Assembly: GCA_963716255.1 (NCBI GenBank) | Contig: OY970303.1 | Span: forward strand, 640,001-704,000 | DNA length: 64,000 nt | Reading direction: 5' to 3' | Origin: an uncultured Gemmatimonadales bacterium | GTDB lineage: Bacteria > Gemmatimonadota > Gemmatimonadetes > Longimicrobiales > Longimicrobiaceae | In this document: one piece after another, positions 1 to 7,332 of the stretch | Numbering within the stretch: position 1 is the first letter of the stretch | How the letters are laid out: the number at the start of each line of letters is the position of its first letter | Notes under the pieces: model-generated | What the model saw: only the letters and a program-made list of their open reading frames with translations | What the model was told of the DNA's origin: nothing | Databases searched by the model: none | Position numbers and translations under genes: made by a program

Positions 1-946
1 GCGGGGCGATTTGCTCCGGCATCTCTCGCTCGCACGCCACGTAGAGCGAGCCCGGGGTCTGCATCTCCAGCGCCTGGTGAGGCCGCTCTTCGTTGAACTC
101 GCGCCGGAAGGCATCGAATCGCTCCTGCTGCACCTGGACGTTGGCCGCCGGGGGCCGCAGCGTGCCCGCCTTGAGCGTGCGATGCATCCGCTCGTGCGAG
201 CCGTTCTGCTCCGGATGGGCCGGCTCGATCCGCTCGTGCTTGATCCCCATCTGCGTCCACCAGACACTCAGGCGCGAGAGCCCGGCGATGGCTTTCGTGC
301 AGAACGGGCCTCCATTGTCGCTGCGGATGGCCTGCGGAAGGCCCCGTTCGCGAAAGAGATGCTGGAAGCTCGCGCAGGCTCCCCTGTGCGCGGTCGAACT
401 CAGTCCCTCACAGGCCAGCAGGTAGCGGGTGTGAGTGTCCGTGACGGTCAGCGGGTAGCACAGCGTCCCGTCGCCCATGCGGAACTCGCCCTTGAAGTCG
501 GCGTTCCACAGCTGGTTGGCGGCCTCCACCGTGTGTGAGACTCGCCCCGGGTGAGACCACTCCCGCCGGTGCGGCCGAGACTCCACCAGCCCCTCCCGCT
601 TGTACAGGTCTCCCACCGTGCTCGCCGCCGGCAACTCCAACTCGGGTCGGCGCGGGCGTAACCAGACCAGGATTTTACGGGGGCCCCAATCCGGATGCGC
701 TTTGCGGGCCTTCAGCAGCGCGGTCCGGACCTCCTCCTTCATGCGGTGCGGACAGGACTTCGGTGCATGGCTGCCGGAAGCCAGCCCCGCAATTCCCTCC
801 TGCTCGTAGCGGTGCAGCCGAGTGTATCCGGCCTGGCGACTGATGCCGAACCGCTCGCACAGCTCCGTCATGCTGTAGAGCCCCTCCTGTGCGAGAACGA
901 CGAACTTCATCCGCTCATCCATCGGGTTGGTCTGTCTCCACGGCAT
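1..946 (-). CDS. IS481-family DDE transposase, truncated by the window edge
   Basis: Manual minus-strand translation from ATG 946 gives MPWRQTNPMDERMKFV..., and near the edge ...FDAFRREFNEERPHQALEM, typical of the IS481/integrase-core family. Missing from the ORF track because its stop lies outside the window. Confidence 0.85.
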   Translation of the reverse strand, partial: MPWRQTNPMDERMKFVVLAQEGLYSMTELCERFGISRQAGYTRLHRYEQEGIAGLASGSHAPKSCPHRMKEEVRTALLKARKAHPDWGPRKILVWLRPRRPELELPAASTVGDLYKREGLVESRPHRREWSHPGRVSHTVEAANQLWNADFKGEFRMGDGTLCYPLTVTDTHTRYLLACEGLSSTAHRGACASFQHLFRERGLPQAIRSDNGGPFCTKAIAGLSRLSVWWTQMGIKHERIEPAHPEQNGSHERMHRTLKAGTLRPPAANVQVQQERFDAFRREFNEERPHQALEMQTPGSLYVACEREMPEQIAP

Positions 947-1034
947 GGCTCTCCCTAGGTGTGGGCGAGCGCGTAAGCTACCGTGTCAACCATCCTCCCG
1001 GTCTATTCTGTCAACAATCTACCCGGTCCATACC
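1..1034 (-). mobile_element. IS481-family insertion sequence (left end only)
   Basis: Upstream of the transposase are two imperfect direct repeats, TGTCAACCATCCTCCCGGTC (984-1003) and TGTCAACAATCTACCCGGTC (1009-1028), resembling repeated transposase-binding sites. The end reads GGTATGGACCGGG on the minus strand and abuts a half repeat at 1035. Confidence 0.75.
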
Positions 1035-1070
1035 GTCTCGCCCCTTCGGGCCGACATCCCTCACGCAGGC
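1035..1070 (-). repeat. Family A repeat, 5' part only (interrupted by IS481)
   Basis: Minus strand GCGTGAGGGATGTCGGCCCGAAGGGGCGAGAC matches the start of the copies at 5649, 11714 and 20992. Confidence 0.85.
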
Positions 1071-1144
1071 TCCCACGTGACCGCAGGATCCAGCCGGCTC
1101 CGCACCGCTCTCCCCCGCCCCGCCCCGCTTCGCGCCCCTTCCGC

Positions 1145-1639
1145 ATGCACCACTTCACAGAGCCCGTCACCGCGCGCATCGTCGACTTCCTGCGGGAGAT
1201 CGGCGTGGAGGTGGAGGCGTGCGAGCTGCCGGACCCGTGCTTCCTCCCCGGCGTGCGGGTGGAGCGCGGCCGCCTCCTCGTGGACGAGGCGCGGCTGTCG
1301 TACCCGGGCGACCTGCTCCACGAGGCCGGGCACGTCGCCATCCTCACGGCCGCGGAGCGGGGGGAGCGCCGGGGCGACGTGGGCGCCGACCTGGGCGAGG
1401 AGATCGGCGCCATCGCCTGGTCGTACGCGGCGGCGACCCACCTTGGGCTGGATCCGGCCGTCGTCTTCCACGAGCACGGCTACCGCGGCGCCTCCGGGGG
1501 CTTCCTCGACAACTTCCGCCACGGGCGCTACGTGGGCGTCCCCCTCCTCCAGTGGATGGACCTCACCCGCGACGACAAGGGAGCGCGCGAGGAAGGCGTC
1601 GCGCCGTACCCGCACATGCTCAGGTGGCTGCGCGACTGA
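1145..1639 (+). CDS. hypothetical protein with HEXXH (HEAGH) zinc-metalloprotease-like motif
   Basis: ATG 1145 in frame with ORF 983-1639; coding-like codon bias; LLHEAGH followed by GEEIGAIAWSY. Confidence 0.75.
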   Translation: MHHFTEPVTARIVDFLREIGVEVEACELPDPCFLPGVRVERGRLLVDEARLSYPGDLLHEAGHVAILTAAERGERRGDVGADLGEEIGAIAWSYAAATHLGLDPAVVFHEHGYRGASGGFLDNFRHGRYVGVPLLQWMDLTRDDKGAREEGVAPYPHMLRWLRD

Positions 1640-1657
1640 CCGCGGGCAAGAAACCCG

Positions 1658-1686
1658 TTGGCGCGGGCGCGGGCGGCATGTACAAT
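1658..1686 (+). promoter_or_regulatory. putative sigma70 promoter
   Basis: TTGGCG-N17-TACAAT upstream of the CDS at 1758. Confidence 0.55.
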
Positions 1687-1757
1687 GTCGGGGAGTGGGC
1701 GCGCCCCGCCGACCCGGCCGGGGACGGCGCCCGGACCGCACGGCAGGAGACGCGCGC

Positions 1758-2585
1758 ATGAGCCAGCCCGAGACGGTCCACGTGCCGGTGGCGGCGGAGG
1801 ACGACGGCGGAGTCGTGGCGGTGGAGGTGGTCGGGTCGCTGGGGCACGCCCGGTTCCCCGACCTGTGCGTGAAGTGCGGCACGCCCGCGAACCGCACCCT
1901 CGCCATCAACAAGCTGTTCTACTGCGACAACGGGGACAACCCGGGCTACTTCTACGCGTCCGGGGTGGCCGCGCCCGCCTGCCCGGCGTGCATCCGGGCG
2001 CACGAGAGCGAGCAGCGTCCCATCGCCCCCGAAATGAGGAGCAAGCTGCTGCGGAAGTGGGCCCTGGAATCGCTGCCCTTCGTCTTCCCGCTCGGCGTGA
2101 ACCTGTGGTTTCTCACCATCTTCGTCCCCAAGCTGCTCGAAGCGGTCCGGGAGGGCACCGACCCCGCCGAGATGGCGATCTGGGGCGGGGTGTCCGCCTT
2201 ATTCGGGCTGCTGGCGCTGATGTTCTGGCGAATGATCATGCAGAAGGGCCGTCCGCTGATCCTCGCCCCGGCGGACACGTACGCGCGCTGGGTGCGGGTG
2301 GAGAAGGGGCCGCTCGGCAGCCGGCTCGTCGCCGTCACGGACCCGACCCCGGTGATGCGGTCGGTGGACTTCACCGCCGACATCAGCGAGATGTTCGAGC
2401 CGGAGCGCCACCGCTTCTCCTTCCGCAACTTCGAGGTCGCCGACCGCTTCGCGGAGCTGAACGCCGACCGCGAGTGGGACCCCGCCTCCACGCGGGCGCA
2501 GCTGGCGCGGCGGGGCCGCATGGCGGTGATCGGCGCCGTGGCGCTGGCCGTGATCTACGCGCTGGTGGCGGAGTTCATCCTCTGA
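1758..2585 (+). CDS. hypothetical membrane protein with CxxC...CxxC motif
   Basis: AGGAGA RBS then ATG 1758; CVKC and CPAC motifs; three hydrophobic segments. Confidence 0.75.
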   Translation: MSQPETVHVPVAAEDDGGVVAVEVVGSLGHARFPDLCVKCGTPANRTLAINKLFYCDNGDNPGYFYASGVAAPACPACIRAHESEQRPIAPEMRSKLLRKWALESLPFVFPLGVNLWFLTIFVPKLLEAVREGTDPAEMAIWGGVSALFGLLALMFWRMIMQKGRPLILAPADTYARWVRVEKGPLGSRLVAVTDPTPVMRSVDFTADISEMFEPERHRFSFRNFEVADRFAELNADREWDPASTRAQLARRGRMAVIGAVALAVIYALVAEFIL

Positions 2586-2668
2586 CGCTCGCCGGGATCC
2601 CGCGGCCGGCGGCGCGCCCGCCCCGCGGCCGACGCCTCCCTGTTCCACCCACCGCGATCCGATCCGCC

Positions 2669-3481
2669 ATGAGCGAGCCCGTCCGGCTGGAGGTGCAGGA
2701 CCACGTGGCGACCCTGACGCTGGACCGCCCCGACACGTTCAACGCGCTGGACCTGTCGACCGCCTCCGCGCTCGCCGACGCGCTCCTCGGCGTCAGCTCC
2801 GACCCGCGGGTGCGCGCCGTGGTCCTGACCGGGGCCGGGCGCGCGTTCTCCGCCGGGGGCGACCTGCGCCACGCCATGTCGCACCCGCACGGGCCCCCCG
2901 CCGCATTCCGGGAGCTCGCCACCCGCGTGCACGTGTGCGTGGCCGAGATCCGCCGCATGGACAAGCCCGTGATCGCCGCGGTGAACGGGGTCGCCGCGGG
3001 AGGCGGGTTCAGCCTGGTGCTCGCCTGCGACTTCCGGGTCATGGCGGCCTCGGCGCGCCTGGTGCAGGGCTACACCAGCCAGGGGCTGGCCATGGACGCG
3101 GGGGGCACCTTCATCCTGCCGCGCCTGGTGGGGCTCGCACGCGCGCTGGAGATCGCCGCCTTCGACGAGCCCATCCCCGCGGACCGGGCGCTCGCCTGGG
3201 GGCTGGCCACGCGCGTGGTGCCCGACGGGGCGGCGCTGGACGAGGCCCGCGCCATGGCGGCGACGCTCGCGGGCCGCTCCGTGCACGCGTTCGCGGCGGT
3301 GAAGCGCCTGCTCACCGACGCCTACGACACGCCGCTGGAAGCGCAGCTGGAGCGCGAGCGCGCGGCGCTGGTGGCCTGCGCGGGGCACCCGGACGGGGTG
3401 GAGGGGATCCGCGCGTTCCTGGAGAAGCGCCGACCGGTGTTCGGGGGGGACGGGGCCGCCGCCCCCCCGCCGCCCGCCTGA
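2669..3481 (+). CDS. enoyl-CoA hydratase/isomerase (crotonase family, PaaG-like)
   Basis: LTGAGRAFSAGGDL, KPVIAAVNGVAAGGG and FLEKRRPVF motifs. Confidence 0.9.
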   Translation: MSEPVRLEVQDHVATLTLDRPDTFNALDLSTASALADALLGVSSDPRVRAVVLTGAGRAFSAGGDLRHAMSHPHGPPAAFRELATRVHVCVAEIRRMDKPVIAAVNGVAAGGGFSLVLACDFRVMAASARLVQGYTSQGLAMDAGGTFILPRLVGLARALEIAAFDEPIPADRALAWGLATRVVPDGAALDEARAMAATLAGRSVHAFAAVKRLLTDAYDTPLEAQLERERAALVACAGHPDGVEGIRAFLEKRRPVFGGDGAAAPPPPA

Positions 3482-3575
3482 TCCGGCCGGCGGCCGGCCC
3501 CGCCCCGTGTCCGGCGCGGGGCTCTCCGATCCCTCCCCTTCACGCGAGCCGCGACGACGGCCGGGCGAACTGCCG

Positions 3576-5348
3576 ATGAACTTCACGCGAGTCACCCTCC
3601 GGGACGCTGCGATCGACGGGATCGAGGGCGCGACCCTGCTCGTGCCCGACGGCTGGAGACTGGACGGCGGGTTCGCCTGGACGCCGCTGCTGTCCATGCA
3701 GGCCGGCCTGCCGCTGCACGTCTCCGACCCGCGCACCGGCGCGGCCGTGAGCATGCTCCCCGGCCACCAGTTCGTCTGGCCGATGCAGCCCATGCCCGGC
3801 ATGCAGCCCGGCGCCAACTGGCTGGGCTCGATCCTTCTCCCCCCGCCCGGCCACCCTGCGGAGTGCGTGCACCAGGTGTTCATGCCGGGGCCCCTTCAGC
3901 ACCTGCAGGGCGCGCGGCTCGTCGGCTCCGCGGACATGCCGGAGCTCGCCGCGGAAGCGGCCCGCGACGTCCCGCACATGACCGTGCACGCGACGCGCCT
4001 CCGCTATGCCTTCGGCTGGGGCGGGCGCCCCTGGGAGGAGGAAGTGTACCTGTCGGTATCCTTCGACCGGCCCAACGGCTACCTGGCGAGCTGGTGGTGC
4101 AACGCCCACTCGCTGCGCGCCCCGGCGGGCACGCTGGACGGGATGGCGCCCCTGCTGACGGCGGCCGTGCTGTCGCTGCGCGTGGGGCTGGACTGGTCCG
4201 CGCTGCTGGAGCACGCCCGCGGCCGGTTCCGCGAAGCCATGCGGAAGCAGCAGTCCGACCCCGACCCGCGCGGCCTGATCCTGCCCCCGGCCCAGCCCCT
4301 CGACCCGGCCTGGCGGCGTCAGCTGGCGGAGATCCGCGAAGCGCACCGGCCTGCGTGGGAGCGGTGGCAGGCCTCGCAGGACCGCCGGCACGCCGAGCTC
4401 GCCCGGGCCGTCGGCGGCCTGGAAGCGTACACCGACCCGTTCGAGCCGCGCCCGGTGCGGCTCCCCCGGTCCATGTACGGATACTGGGCCGGCTCCGACG
4501 GCAGGATCGCCGCCGCGCCGGGCGCGACATCCGGCATGCCCGCGGACGGCACGACGGAGTGGCGGCGGATGAGCGGCGAGCAGCCGGGACCCTGGAACCA
4601 GCCGGGCTACCCTGCCTGGCCCGGGACCGCGGGCACGATCCCCGCCATGAGGCCCCCCGCCCCGGGCGCCTCCGCGCCACCCCTGCACCGGGTGCCGGGC
4701 GAGCCGCGCTACCCGGACGGATACGGCTCCTCCGGCACGATCCCACCCCCGCCGGGGTCGGCCTCTCCGGCCGCGCCACCGGCACACCCGCTGCGGCCGG
4801 GACCGACCCCGGCGCCCCCGCAGGCCCCGCCGCCGCCTGCGCCGCACCGGGAGCAGCCCGCCGGCACGGGGGAAGACGGGCCCGGATCCACGGATGCCGA
4901 GATGGCCAAGCTGGAGACGTGGACGTCGGAGCTGGACGCGGAATTCGAGCGGATGCTCAAGGAGATCACGACGATGTACGAGCACGCCAATCGTATCGCC
5001 GCCAGGAGCGGCTCCACTCCCGGCGCCTCCTACGGCATCATCCTGAAGCGGCTGAACGAATGGCACGAGTACTTCCGCTCGCACCAGGGCCGCGCCTTCG
5101 CCAGCGAGGCGAGCCGCCGCTCGCTTTACGGGCAGTCGCTGACCCGGATCCTGGAGCAGGTGGAGAACCGGATCGAGGACATGGCGAAGCAGTGGAGGAA
5201 GTTCCAGGAAACGGAGGCCAGGGAAGAGGCGGACTTCCAGCAGGGGCTGCGCGACGCGACGACGGCATCGCTGGAGAAGAGGCAGGCGATGCAGCAGAAG
5301 TTCAGCGAGGACCTTCAGAAGGCGAGGAACAAGGGCTGGCGGAGGTGA
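3576..5348 (+). CDS. hypothetical protein: globular N-terminal domain, Pro-rich linker, helical/coiled-coil C-terminus
   Basis: Long ORF with coding-like codon bias; ATG 3576 chosen as start. Confidence 0.7.
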   Translation: MNFTRVTLRDAAIDGIEGATLLVPDGWRLDGGFAWTPLLSMQAGLPLHVSDPRTGAAVSMLPGHQFVWPMQPMPGMQPGANWLGSILLPPPGHPAECVHQVFMPGPLQHLQGARLVGSADMPELAAEAARDVPHMTVHATRLRYAFGWGGRPWEEEVYLSVSFDRPNGYLASWWCNAHSLRAPAGTLDGMAPLLTAAVLSLRVGLDWSALLEHARGRFREAMRKQQSDPDPRGLILPPAQPLDPAWRRQLAEIREAHRPAWERWQASQDRRHAELARAVGGLEAYTDPFEPRPVRLPRSMYGYWAGSDGRIAAAPGATSGMPADGTTEWRRMSGEQPGPWNQPGYPAWPGTAGTIPAMRPPAPGASAPPLHRVPGEPRYPDGYGSSGTIPPPPGSASPAAPPAHPLRPGPTPAPPQAPPPPAPHREQPAGTGEDGPGSTDAEMAKLETWTSELDAEFERMLKEITTMYEHANRIAARSGSTPGASYGIILKRLNEWHEYFRSHQGRAFASEASRRSLYGQSLTRILEQVENRIEDMAKQWRKFQETEAREEADFQQGLRDATTASLEKRQAMQQKFSEDLQKARNKGWRR

Positions 5349-5540
5349 CGGGAGACGGGGCGACCCCGGCGGACTCCGCCGCGTCCCGGCATGATTCGCG
5401 AGGGGCCTGGATTCCGGGCGGCCGGAGAGCCTGGCGGCGCTGGTGGTCCCCTTCGACACGGCGGCGGATGCCGGGCGGAGTGCCGTGAAGTGGGTGCGAA
5501 AGTGCGGGAATGAACTGCAGTTCGAGGTTCGCAGTCCGTG

Positions 5541-5576
5541 AAAAGCGCCCCCGCCGGGAGATCCCGGTGAGGGCGG
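5541..5576. terminator. hairpin (family D), probable terminator
   Basis: AAAAGCGCCCCCGCCGGGAGATCCCGGTGAGGGCG; related hairpins at ~20948-20984 and ~42388-42429, all between convergent genes. Confidence 0.5.
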
Positions 5577-5646
5577 CCCTCACCCGGCTCGCTTGAGGCT
5601 CGCCCCCCTCTCCCGCTTGCGGGGGAGGGGGCCGGGGGGAGGGGGC
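5575..5646 (+). repeat. Family C REP-like CCCTC(T/A)CCC...GGGAGAGGG palindromic repeat
   Basis: The 30-bp core GGCCCTCACCCGGCTCGCTTGAGGCTCGCC is identical at 5575-5604, 11555-11584 and (reverse complement) 23842-23871. Confidence 0.85.
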
Positions 5647-5648
5647 GT

Positions 5649-5783
5649 GCGTGAGGGATTACGGCCCGAAGGGGCGAGACCCGGCGGCAGTTTGCCGGGG
5701 CTCGACTCCGTTACGCACGGTTGTTTCGTGCGTTACGGAGCCGAAGCCCGACCCCGGCGCCAGCCGGGGGCACGCCCGAACCC
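5649..5783 (+). repeat. Family A multi-hairpin repeat (subtype A1)
   Basis: GCGTGAGGGAT...GAGAC-stem-GGCAGTTT-stem-GGCTC...CTCCGTT-stem-TACGGAG...GGGGGCACGCCC, repeated across the window. Confidence 0.9.
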
Positions 5784-5805
5784 GCCGTAGCCGTTCACGA
5801 GCCGT

Positions 5806-6804
5806 TCAGTTGGTGAGGGCGTCGCGGTACCGGCTCCAGTCGTCCAGCACCGTCCCGGCGCCGCGCACCACCGTGGTGAGCGGGTCCTCGTCGATGCGCA
5901 CGGGAAGGCGCGTCTCCTCGGAGAACAGCGCCCCCAGACCGCGCAGCTGCACCCCGCCGCCGGTCATCACGATCCCCTCGTCCACGATGTCGGAGGAAAG
6001 CTCCGGGGGGGTGACCTCCAGCGCCTGCCGCACGCCGGTGGTGATGGCCTGCAGCGGCTCGCGCAGGCAGTCGCGGATCTCCTGCGAGTTGACCCACACG
6101 GTCTTCGGGAAGCCGGAGACCAGGTCGCGCCCCTTGACCTCCATCTCGTGCTCGGAGCCGTTGGGGTAGGCGGAGCCGATGCCGATCTTGACCGCTTCGG
6201 CGGTGGCCTCGCCCACCAGCAGGTTGTGGCTGCGGCGGATGAAGGCGACGATCAGCTCGTCCAGGTCCTGCCCCGCCACGCGGATGGACACGTTGGCGAC
6301 GATCCCGGAGAGCGCCACCACCCCGATCTCGGTGGTCCCCCCGCCGATGTTCACCACCATGCACCCCTTGGGCGTGGTGACGGGGAGCCCGGCGCCGATG
6401 GCGGCGGCGATGGGCTCGGAAAGCATGAACACCTGCCGCGCCCCGGCGGCGATCACCCCCTCGCGCACTGCGCGCCGCTCCATCTCGGTGATGCCGGAGG
6501 GAATGGTGATGAGTACGCGCGGCTTGACGCGCAGGCGCCGCCGCGGGAGAACGCGCTGCAGGAAGTGCCGCAGCATGAGGTCCACGCGGTCCACGTCCGC
6601 GATCACCCCGCCGCGCATGGGGCTCACGGCCAACACGCTGTCCGGGGTGCGCCCCAGCATCCGCTTTGCCTCCAGCCCCACGGCGAGCACCTTGCCGGTG
6701 GAGCGCTCCATCGCCACCACCGAGGGCTCGTTGATCACGATTCCCTCGCCGCGGACGTGGATCAGGGTGTTTGCGGTCCCGAGATCGATCGCGATGTCTG
6801 CCAT
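5806..6804 (-). CDS. mreB: rod shape-determining protein MreB-like actin homolog (orphan paralog)
   Basis: IAIDLGTANT, NEPSVVA, EPIAAAIGAGLP, NIGGGTTE, TPPELSSDI and MTGGG motifs; no mreC/mreD adjacent. Confidence 0.9.
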   Translation of the reverse strand: MADIAIDLGTANTLIHVRGEGIVINEPSVVAMERSTGKVLAVGLEAKRMLGRTPDSVLAVSPMRGGVIADVDRVDLMLRHFLQRVLPRRRLRVKPRVLITIPSGITEMERRAVREGVIAAGARQVFMLSEPIAAAIGAGLPVTTPKGCMVVNIGGGTTEIGVVALSGIVANVSIRVAGQDLDELIVAFIRRSHNLLVGEATAEAVKIGIGSAYPNGSEHEMEVKGRDLVSGFPKTVWVNSQEIRDCLREPLQAITTGVRQALEVTPPELSSDIVDEGIVMTGGGVQLRGLGALFSEETRLPVRIDEDPLTTVVRGAGTVLDDWSRYRDALTN

Positions 6805-6902
6805 TTCACTTCAGGTGTGTGCTGTGGACTGCGAGCGCCGCCCGGCGGGGCGGGCGCCTGGATGCGGGCGGAGGCGCGACGGCGCGCGGGCCGGAAACGG
6901 CG

Positions 6903-6955
6903 AAAAGCCGCCGGCGGCCCTCCCCGCGGCCAGGGGGAGGGAGCTCGCTGGCGGC
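6903..6955 (-). terminator. intrinsic terminator of the proximal riboswitch
   Basis: Minus strand GCCGCCAGCG..CCCTCCCC-loop-GGGGAGGG..CGCCGGCGGC-TTTT; the 5' arm is the aptamer 3' strand. Confidence 0.7.
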
Positions 6956-7035
6956 TCGGCTGGCGTAGCGGGTGGTTCCCGCCGTAGCCCCGTGGCTCTG
7001 CGCCACCGCCTTTCGACGGCTTCGCCCTTTTCAGC
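6947..7035 (-). ncRNA. c-di-GMP-I (GEMM-I) riboswitch aptamer, G20 type
   Basis: Minus strand GCTG-AAAAG-G-GCGAA-GCCGTC-GAAA-GGCGGT-GGCGC-A-GAGCCACGGGGCTAC...TACGCCAGCCGAGCCGC-CAGC: P1, GNRA-capped P2, A47 and P3 match the GEMM-I layout. Confidence 0.85.
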
Positions 7036-7100
7036 TTCGCGTATGGATCGTCCGACGGCACCGCGGCGAGCGCCGCGCGGGAGGGACCGGCCGGGCGGGG

Positions 7101-7144
7101 AAAAAGAATAGCCGCCAGCGCCGATCTCTCGGAATGCTGGCGGC
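7101..7144 (-). terminator. intrinsic terminator of the distal riboswitch
   Basis: Minus strand GCCGCCAGC-ATTCCGAGAGATCGGC-GCTGGCGGC-TATTCTTTTT; the 5' arm is the aptamer 3' strand. Confidence 0.8.
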
Positions 7145-7225
7145 CAGGCGAGCGTGGCGGGCGCGGCCCGCGGTAGCTCCGTAGCTCTGCGTCCCCGCCT
7201 TTCGGCGGGTTTGCTCTTTGCAGCA
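7135..7225 (-). ncRNA. GEMM-I riboswitch aptamer, A20 variant (c-AMP-GMP/3'3'-cGAMP-type)
   Basis: Minus strand TGCTG-CAAAG-A-GCAAA-CCCGCC-GAAA-GGCGGG-GACGC-A-GAGCTACGGAGCTAC...CCTGGCCGC-CAGCA; the base before GCAAA (position 7215) is A. Confidence 0.85.
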
Positions 7226-7283
7226 CCGCCGCCCCACCGGGGGCGTCCGGGATATGTGCCGTACTGTCACCGACTTGATCCGG

Positions 7284-7313
7284 AAGGTAGCCGCTCCGGA
7301 CGGGGTCCGTCAA
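7284..7313 (-). promoter_or_regulatory. putative sigma70 promoter for the riboswitch-mreB leader
   Basis: TTGACG (7313-7308)-N18-TACCTT (7289-7284). Confidence 0.45.
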
Positions 7314-7332
7314 CCCGGTGGGCGCGGCGCGC

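Noticed and set aside
11..958. Plus-strand ORFs 11-538, 535-843 and 695-958
   Set aside because: Antisense shadows of the IS481 transposase.
5593..6169. Small ORFs with recurring peptides such as MRDYGPKGRDP / EPKPDPGASRGHA (also near 11800, 20994, 46842)
   Set aside because: Translations of family A repeats; stem-length indels between copies break the frames, so conservation is structural rather than coding.
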